A stretch of 64,000 nt of DNA from the human T2T-CHM13v2.0 reference genome, Homo sapiens. Numbering within the stretch: position 1 is the first letter of the stretch; each line of letters begins with the position of its first letter. Location of the stretch: NCBI RefSeq assembly GCF_009914755.1, contig NC_060932.1. The stretch is one strand, 5' to 3'. Shown in pieces: positions 55,070 through 64,000 of the stretch. The translations under genes and the position numbers were made by a program. The notes under the pieces are model-generated. The model was not told the origin of the DNA. It was given only the letters and a program-made list of their open reading frames with translations, and made no database searches.

Positions 55070-56662
55070 CCTGTTATAAGCTAAATCAGTGAACCCATAA
55101 GTATTTATGTACTGTTTCATATGTTAGAAAGCACTCATATTATCACAGTCAATGTAAGTAGTTGAGTGAGAGAGATTTTGGTAATATGCTTATTTTACAG
55201 ATTAGGAAACAGGCTTTGTCTTTTCTGAATTAAGATTCAGAAAAGCTGAATGAGGTGATAAACCTTATAATAAATAGGAGAGAGTGGCATCAGCAATATG
55301 GCTTACTAGAAGCCCCTTGCACTTATCTCCCTGACATAAACAGGCAAAGCAACAAATAAAAAACTATATTTCGATGAAAATAACTAAAGGAGAGCACCAG
55401 AGTACACAAAAAGAGTAGCAGAAATCCTGTAGAGCATAACAACCCAGGATTTCTGCATAAAGAAGGGAAAAAACATCTGCCTTTGTGAGCCTATCCCCCA
55501 TTTGGACCAGCTTGAAATCTGGAGCAACTTCTCGCTGCAGGTAAAAGTAATGCAGCAGCCCCCATCACCCACTTCAGTCACCTACAGTTCTTGCCACTGT
55601 GGACCCCTGGAGTTATCACAGGTGCTACACTCAGCTGAAGAAGTTGCTTGGAGTCCATACATCTGTACTTCCTAGAGAGAAGAAGCCAACACTGTACCTC
55701 ACCCCCACCATGGCCTACTGTACTGTGCTAGCTTGGAATTGGAACCACCACTGGCACGTGTCCTGCCCTGAGGGCAAGTAGCCATTGCATCTTTCCATCC
55801 CTGAGGCTCTGTCACAGCTGCACCACCCCCCATGTTGGCTCACCATCCATGAATCAAACTGCAGTTAAACTCTATCTTGTTGGGCCAAACTTCTGTGCCA
55901 CCTTCCTCCAAAATACAAGCTGATAGAGTAACAGATCCCAGCTTGTTGGCAATCTGCATCTACCCATGCCTCAGCGTGAACCTGCACTCAAAATCCTAGA
56001 TGCCATAGTTGGTTGGTGAGACCCTGATGCCAAGACCCTGACTCCACAGCACCTGTGTCCTAGAACCTAGTGCTGTTGCAGATTCTTGTAGCCTATGACA
56101 GATGCAATCAATGCAGAGGCTTCCTCTCAGCTAAGACACCCCACTGTGGGAAAAGTGAGAACAAGAAGACCCCAGAAACCCTTGCCACTGAGAATGCTAA
56201 CAGCACAAGCTGCCACTACCACTGCCATAAACTCCTGTAGCCAAGGGCAATGAATCACCCATAATCATTGCTGATTTTGATCACGGCTAAAGAAGCTGGC
56301 ATGGAGGCTATACCACTGCATCCACTTGGTATCAGAGCCATTGCATCCCTACCAACTGTTACCCTAAGACCCATCTGAAGGTGAAAGTCTTTTTCTAAAA
56401 TAAGATATACCATAAAGTTTGGAAGACAAGACTGTTTAACCAGATCCATACACATTAACACAGTGACTGAAGAAACATGAGAATGCAATACAAGGAAACA
56501 TGACACAACCAAAGGAACACAATGATTTTCCCGTAACTGACCCCAAATAAATGGAAATTTATAAATGGCCTGAAAAGAAATTCAAAATACTAATTTTAAG
56601 GAAACTCCATGAGATACAAAATAATAAACAATTCAATGAAACCAGAAAAATAGTTTATGATG

Positions 56663-56780
56663 TGAGATGGATATACCATTTAAACTGATTTGATCTTTAT
56701 AAATCATATGAATGTATTAAATGATCACATGTACCTTAAAAATATGTATATAATGTATTGATTAAAACAATAAAATTGAA
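56663..56780 (+). mobile_element. ~110-bp L1 3'-tip insertion in the host L1 ORF1
   Basis: GATGGATATACC...CTGATTTGATCTTTA...ATCACATGTACC...AATAAAA, flanked by diverged duplicates AGAAAAATAGTTTATGATGTGA / AGAAACTAATGCACGATCTGA. Confidence 0.6.
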
Positions 56781-58666
56781 CAAAGAAACTAATGCACGAT
56801 CTGAATGAGAAATTCAACAAAAAGATAGATATCATAACGAAGAACCAAACAAAAATCTTGGAGCTGAAGAATTCAATGAGTAAAATAAAAAATACAGTTG
56901 AGAGCTTCAACAACAGATTAGATTAAACAAAAGAAAGAATCTCTGAACTTGAATACAAGTATTTTGAATTAACTCAGTCAAAGGGAAAAAATGAAAAAGA
57001 ATACATAAAGTATATGGTACTTATGGGACATCATAAAGCAAATAAATATTTGCATTATGAGATTTCCAGAGACACAAGAATTGAAGGCACATAAAGATTA
57101 TTTGATAGAATAATTGCTGAAAATTACCCTGGATTCTTAGAAGAGATATGGACATTCAGATCCATGAAGCTTAAAGTTTCCCAAACAGGCTCAACCCAAT
57201 GAGGCCTTCACCAAGGGTAGAGTATAATTTCAAAATTTCAAAAGTCAAAGACAGAATTTTTAAAGCAGCAAGAGAAAAGCATCAAGTGAAATACAAGGGA
57301 CTCTCCATTAAACTAATACCAGATTTCAGAATACTCCATTACTGTAAGGGTGGTGTGTAAATCTTTCCAAAACCTGGTAGGAAGGTTAAAAATCAAAATG
57401 GCTAACAATAACCCTAGCTACAATATTTAATTAAGGAAAGCACAATACAAAAACATGCAAACCGTGACAACAAAACTATAAATTGTGTGTGTGGAAGTAA
57501 AAGTCTGGAGTATTTGTATGCAACTGAAGCTAAGTTGTTATCAGATGAAAATAGTCTTCCATAACTATAAGAATTTTAATGTAAGTCACATGGTAATCAC
57601 AAAACAAAAAACTATAGCAAATACACAAATGAAAAAGAGAAAAGAATGAAAACTGAACGTTACATAAAATCACCAAATCACAAAGGTAGACAACAAGAGA
57701 GGAAGAACAGAAGGAAGAATGTACAAAATAAGAAAACAGTTAACAAAACGGCAGGAATAACTTCTTACCAATCAAAATTACCTTAAATGTAAATAGACTA
57801 AACTCTTCCATTAAAAGACATGAAGTGGTTGAATGGATTTTTCAAAAATTCCAATTATATGCTGCCTACAAGACACCCATTTAAATTGTAAGGACACACA
57901 TAGGCTGAAAGTGAAGGTATGGAAGAAGATATTTCATAAAAATAGTAATCAAAAGAGGGCAGAAATGGCTTTACTTATATTAGATAAAATAGACTTTCAA
58001 AAACTGTTATGAAAAACAAATAATGTCATTATTTAATTATCAAGGGTCAGTTTAGCAAGAGTACATAACAATTATGAATACATATGTGTCCAACCTCAGG
58101 TCACCTAAATATTCAAAACAAATATTAAAGGATTTGAAGGGACAGATAGACTGCCATACAATAATAATAGAGTACATAAATATTTTACTTTTAACAATGA
58201 ATAGATCAATTAGACATAAAATTAATAAGGAAACATTGAATTTGTACTACATTTTAGACCAAATGGACATAAAAGACACATACAGAACATTCCATCTAAC
58301 AGAAGCAGAATAAACCTTCAAGTGCACACAGAGTATTTTCCAGGATAGATCATATGTTAGGCCACAAAATAAGTCTAAACAAATTTAAGAGGATTAAAAT
58401 TGTATCAATTATATTTGCAAATTGCAATGGTATGAAACTAGAAATCAATAGGAGAAGATCTTTAATAATTCACAAATATGAGGTAATTAAACAACATGCT
58501 GCTGAACAACCAGTGGGCCAAAGAAGAAATAAAAAATAAATGAATGAAAATATTGAGACAAACAAAAATGGAAACACAACATACCAAAACCTATGGGATG
58601 AAGGAAAAGCAGTTTTATGGGTGAATTTTATAGCAATAAGTGCCTACATTAAAACAGAAAAAAAGA

Positions 58667-58971
58667 GGCCAGGCGCAGGTACACCTGTAATCCCAGCACT
58701 TTCGGAGGCTGAGACAGGTGGATCACGAGGTCAGGTGTTCAAGACAAGCCTGGCCAAATGGTGAGACCCCATGTCTACTAAGGATACAAAAAATTAGATG
58801 GGTGTGGTGGTGCATGCCTGTAATCCCAGCTACTCAGAGGCTGAGGGAGGAGAATCGCTTGAACCCAGGAGGAGGAGGTTGCAGTGAGCTGAGATTGTGC
58901 CATTGCAGTCCAGCCTGGGTGACAGGGCGAGACTCCATCTCAAAAACAAACAAACAAACAAACAAAAAAAA
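58667..58971 (+). mobile_element. Alu (AluSg-like) inside L1 ORF2, (CAAA)n tail
   Basis: GGCCAGGCGC...GGATCACGAGGTCAGG...GACTCCATCTC; TSD AAAACAGAAAAAAA at 58651-58664 and 58972-58985. Confidence 0.96.
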
Positions 58972-60896
58972 AAAACAGAAAAAAATCCAAATAAATAGCC
59001 TAACATTACACCTCAAGGCACTAGAAAAAAGATGAATGAGCTAACACTAAAGTTAGCAGAAGGAAGAAAATAATAAAGTCAAGAACAGAAAGGCCATAGA
59101 AAAAAATTAATAAAACCAAGATTTAGTTATTTATAAAAATAATCAAAATCAACAAACCCCAAGTTAGAGTGACTAAAAAAAGAAAGAATATTCATAAATA
59201 AAATCAGAAATGAACTAGGGACATTTCAACAGGTGCCTCATAAATAAAAGAGGTCATAAGGAATTATTATGAACAATGATGTGCCAAAAATTTGATCAAA
59301 TAAAGTAAATGGATAAATTTAAAAAATATATAACCTATCATGATTGAATCAGGAGAAAATAGAAAGCTTGTACAACTGATAACAAATAGATTGGAGAAGT
59401 AACTCAAAACCTTCCAACAACAACAAAAAAAGCCCAGGACCATATGACTTTACAGTTGAATTCTACCAAACCATCAAAGAAAAATTATGACCAGCACTTC
59501 TTAAACTCTTCCAAAAAATAGTGCTAGAGTGAATACTTCCAAGTACATTTTAGGAGGCCAGCATGACCTTGATCCTTAATCCTGATAAAGAAAAAAAAAA
59601 CACAGGTCAATATCTGTGTTTTGAGCTATCTCTATCTCTGAGCTATGTCTCTCTCTGATAGACATTGATGCAAAAATCCTAAAAATATTAGCAAACCAAA
59701 TTCAACAATATATCAAAAAGATTATGTCATGACCAAGTCGGATTTATCTCTGGCATCCAAGGCTGGTTTAAAATACACAAATCAATCAATGTGCTGTATC
59801 CTATTAACAGAATAAAAGATAAAAACCACGTGATCATTTCAATTGATGTAGAAGAAACAATTGACAAAGTTTAGTATCCTTTCTTGATAAAAACTGTTAA
59901 CCGTTCAGATATAAATGAAAAGTTCCATAATATAATAAAGGCAAATTATAAAAAAATCCAGAGCTAACATTACAATCAATGGGAACAACTGAAACCATTT
60001 CCAGTAAGATTCAGCTCAAGGTAAGGATGTCCACTATTGCCACTTCTATTCAACACAGTACTGGAAGTACTGGCCAAGCAATAAGACAAGAAAAAGAAAT
60101 GAAAGGCATCCAAATAAAAAAAAAAAGAAGTAAAATTATCTCTGTTTGTGGAAGACATAAATCTATATATAGAAAACACCAAAGATTTCACACACACAAA
60201 AAATCTGTTAGAAGTAATAAATTCTGTAAAGTCACAGGATATAAGATCAACATAGAAATATCAGTAACATTTCTATACATAAATAATTACCTACATGAAA
60301 AATAAATCAAGAAAACAATTTCATTTATGATAAGATCAAAAACTAAAATAAAATACTTAGGAGTAAATTTGACTAAAGAGGTGAAAGATTAGTACACTAA
60401 AAACTATAAAATATTGATGAAAGAAATTGAAGCCACAAATAAATTAGAAATACACTGTGTTTATAGATCAGAAGGTTTAATATTGTTAAAATGCACATAC
60501 AACCCCTGAACCACATATCAATTTAACACAATTATTTTCAAAATTCCAAGGCCATTCTTTATAACAATAGAAAAAACATCCAAAATTTGTATGAAGCCAC
60601 AAAAAAACACCTCAAATAGCTGAAGCAATACTGACAGAAATAAAGTTGGAGGCATAGCAATTCCTGATTTGAAATTATGTTACAAAGCTATAGTGATCAA
60701 AACAGTATGGTACCAAAATTAAAACCAAAAACATAGACCAATAAAACAAAATAGAGAGCCCAGAAGTAAATCTAAACATAGACAGTCAACAAATTTTAAA
60801 CAAAAGCAACCAGAAGGCACAATGGAGAAGAGACAGTCTTTTCAACATGGATATCCACATACAAAAAAATCAAATTGAACTTTTATTTTTACACTC

Positions 60897-61716
60897 TGAC
60901 AGGGCAAATACTCACTCAAATTCAAAGTGCATTTCTTTATTCTCTCACCCAATAATTAACACAGAATACTTCTATGACAAAATGTGTTGGGAGTTCTCCC
61001 TGCAACAAGCAAACATTAATTTTGCAAAGGACACAAGTTGGGTGTCCTTCAATCCAATTCCATTTTGATGCAATATACCTGGAGATAGTATCAGTTTCCA
61101 CAGGGTGAAGGCTCAGTTCCACAAGACTGTGCCCCACTTCCAATGCCAATTGAAAGCCCCAGGTTGTTTTACCTGTGCTTGTGATCAACTGGCTATAAAT
61201 TGGTAATCCTATTACTACCTTCTTGGGTTTAGTTAATTTACTAGAGTGGCTCACAGAACTTAGGGTAACACATTTACCAATTTATCATAAAAGATATTAC
61301 AAAGAATATAGATGAAGAGATGCGTAGTTGAGGTTTGGAATGGGGTGTGAAGCTTCCATGTCCTCCCCAGGCATACAGGTCTCCAGGAACCTCATATATT
61401 GAGCTATTAAGCTGTTCTTTTGAGTTTTTATGGAGGCTTCATTATGTAGGCATGACTGATTAAATCATTGGCCATTGGTGTTCAATTTAGCCTTCAGTTC
61501 CTCCCTTTACCCTGGATGTTGGAGATGGGGTTGAAAGTCCCAATCCTTTAATCATGTCTTGGACTTTCTATTGATCTGCCCCTGTCTTGAAGCTACCTAG
61601 GGGCGGCCAGCCATCAAGAATTAACTACAAAAAGACATCACTTTGGAGATTCTATGAATTTTAGGAATTGTATGCCAGGAAACACAAAGACCAAATAAAT
61701 ATTTAACAAAATTATA
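60897..61716 (-). mobile_element. MER21-like LTR inside L1 ORF2
   Basis: TACCTGGAGATAGTATCAG...GGCTCAGTTCCACAAGACTG; CTAGAGTGGCTCACAGAACT; TTTTATGGAGGCTTCATTATGTAGGCATGACTGATTAAATCATTGGCC; the L1 sequence resumes colinearly after it. Confidence 0.85.
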
Positions 61717-61949
61717 GATACTATACCAAAAAAGTCAACTAAAAGTAGATAAAATGCCTAAATATAAGATCTGAAACCATAAAACTCCTAGAAGGAAACA
61801 TAGGTGAAAAGTTCCTTTACATTGGTCTTTACAATGATTTTTTTGACATTACTCCAAAAGCTCAGGCTACAAAACTAAATACAAATAAATGAGGCTACAT
61901 CAAACTAAAAAACTTTTGCACAACAAAGGAAACAATCAAAAGAAAAAAA

Positions 61950-62133
61950 AAATAAAAGTAAAACTACCATTTGATCCAGCAATCCCAGTACTGGGTATCT
62001 ACCCAGAGGAAAAGAAGTCATTATTCAAAAAAGATACTTGCACATGCATATGTATAGCAGCACAATTCACAATTGCAAAATCATGGAACCAACCATAAGG
62101 CCCATCAACCAACAAGTGGATAAAGAAACTATG

Positions 62134-62180
<47 letters not shown>

Positions 62181-62674
62181 CACAATAATATATAGTATGA
62201 TGATCATCATACATATATGTATACATGTACATACATATATATGATGATATATATGTATGATGATATATATAACTATGATATATATATGATTCTGTCATAT
62301 ATATATATATAATGGAATATTATGCAGCCAAAAAAAGGAATAAATTAACAGCATTTGCAGTGACCTGGATGATATTGGAGACTATTATTCCAAGTGAAGT
62401 AGCTCAGGAATGGAAAAAAACATTGTTATGTTCTCACTGATATGTGGGAGCTAAGCTATGAGGACACAAAGGCATAAGAATGATGCAATGGACTTTGGGG
62501 ACTTGGTGGGAAGAGTGGGAGGGAGGCAAGGGATAGAAGACTACAAATATGATGCAGTGTATACTGTTCAGGTGATGGGTGCACCAAAATCTCACAAATC
62601 ACCACTAAATAACTTACTCATGTAACCAAATACCACCTGTACCCCAATAACTTATGAAAAATTAAAAAATGAAG
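61950..62674 (+). mobile_element. L1PB1-like 3' fragment nested in the host L1
   Basis: ACTACCATTTGATCCAGCAATCCCAGTACTGGGTATCTACCCAGAGGAAAAGAAGTC...GGGAGCTAAGCTATGAGGACACAAAGGCATAAGAATGAT...AAAATCTCACAAATCACCACTAAA. Confidence 0.9.
62134..62311. repeat. Compound (TG)n/(TA)n/ATGAT microsatellite within L1PB
   Basis: ~17 TG units followed by degenerate TA and ATGATATATAT repeats. Confidence 0.9.
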
Positions 62675-64000
62675 AAAGAAAAAAACAAAAAATCAATCTA
62701 CAAACTGGGAGAAAATATTTGCAAACCACAGATATATAAGGCGTTAATATCCAAAACTTATAAAGAACAATTATAACTCAATAGCAAGAAAACAAATAAC
62801 CTGATTTTTAAAATGGGCAAAAGATGCAAACAGACATTTTTCTAAAGAAGACATAAAGATCACCACAGAAATAGAAAAAAAGTGCTCAACATCACTAACC
62901 ACTAAAAATGCAAATTAAAACTACTGTGAGATATCACTTCACACGCATCAGGATGGCTATTACTAAAAAGACAATAGATTACAAATGTTGGTAAAGGTAG
63001 GAGAAAAGGGAACCTTTGTACATTGTTGATGGAAAGTTAGATTAGTACAACCATTATGGAAAACAGTATGGAGATTCCTAAAAAAAATAAAAATAGAACT
63101 ACCATCATGTGACCCAACAATCCTTCTTCTGGGTATATACACTAAGATGAAATCTCTACTTTGTAAAGATATCTGTATTCCCATGTTCATTCCAGCATTA
63201 TTCACAATAGCCAAGATATGAAATTTAAGTGGTCATCAACAGATGTAAAGAACATATGGTGTATACACAATGGAATATTATTCAGCCTTTAAAAAGAAGA
63301 TTCTGCTATTTGCTACAAAACAGACAGGCCTGGAGGACATTATACTAAGTGAAATAAGCCAGACACAGAAAGAAAAACATTGTATGATCTCATTTACATG
63401 TGGAAGTTTTAGAAAAATGCATAATATACAGAGATAGAGAATAAAACTATGGTTACAGGAGGGAAGAAATGGAGAGATGTAGATCAAAGGATAAAAGTAG
63501 TAGATATGTAGAATGAACAAGTCTAGAGATCTAATGTACAATATAAGGACTATAGCCAATAATATTTTATTATATTTGAGACTTTTTTAAAGTAGATTTT
63601 AGCTGCTCTTGCCACAAAACGTAACTATGTGAGATGACAGATATGGTAATTTTCTTCACTATAGTAACCATTTTACTATCTATATGTATCCCATAAAACT
63701 ATGTCATAAACCTCAAATACACACAATAAAATTCATTATAAAAAAAGAAATAGTTGAGTGGTAGGAATAAGACCTAGAAGCCTGTGCTCATTATCTTTTA
63801 CCATCTTTTACTCCAATCAAAACGAGAGAACACTTACTTCTATGGTGCTAATGACTTCATAAAACATACATTTCAAATTCTTTAGTTTTGACTCAAAGCC
63901 ATTAACAACAAAAATGAGCAAATGTCTATTGAATGTGGTATGGGGTTGCAGCCAGAGAAATGTGAGTTTATATCTCATCTTTGCTACTAATTATGTTTTT

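Larger units (their letters stand above)
55278..63750 (+). mobile_element. Near-full-length degenerate L1 (L1MA6/7-like 3' end) with nested insertions
   Basis: 5' UTR-like 55278-56480; ORF1 relic ~56490-57330; ORF2 relic from ~57748 (ORF 58074..58313 is endonuclease-domain-like, KQILKDLKGQIDCHTII); 3' end CACTATAGTAACCATTTTACTATCTATATGTATCCCATAA...CAATAAAATT plus A tail. Confidence 0.9.

Overview
This is AT-rich, CpG-depleted primate genomic DNA (Alu- and L1PA-containing, most likely human or ape), either intergenic or deep-intronic. I find no CpG island, no recognisable host protein-coding exon, no functional tRNA/rRNA gene and no CRISPR or other prokaryotic feature. The ORF track is explained by Alu, L1 ORF2, LTR and low-complexity translation. 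Much of the window is transposable-element relics. These are ten Alus, a 5'-truncated L1PA with an intact 13-bp TSD, a near-full-length old L1MA carrying nested insertions, older L1M/HAL1, L2, MIR and MamSINE1 relics, solo LTRs (MLT1, THE1, LTR16-, LTR47- and MER21-like) and DNA-transposon relics (MER53, MER3, MER47B, Tigger2a, MER5, MADE1). Subfamily names come from recalled consensus sequences and need RepeatMasker/Dfam confirmation. The signals not explained by ordinary repeat annotation are: a ~120-bp diverged direct repeat bracketing a HAL1/L1-like relic (6656-8530); an 82-bp tandem duplication that doubles a NR-half-site/CCAAT/octamer/TEAD motif module, itself inside a 50-bp direct-repeat pair (45322-46439); a THE1 LTR with an internal A35 tract and a TGATTCAATCA Dux-type site; a fold-back inversion inside an Alu; and several candidate enhancers and non-coding exons. 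I see no convincing evidence of a novel biological system.
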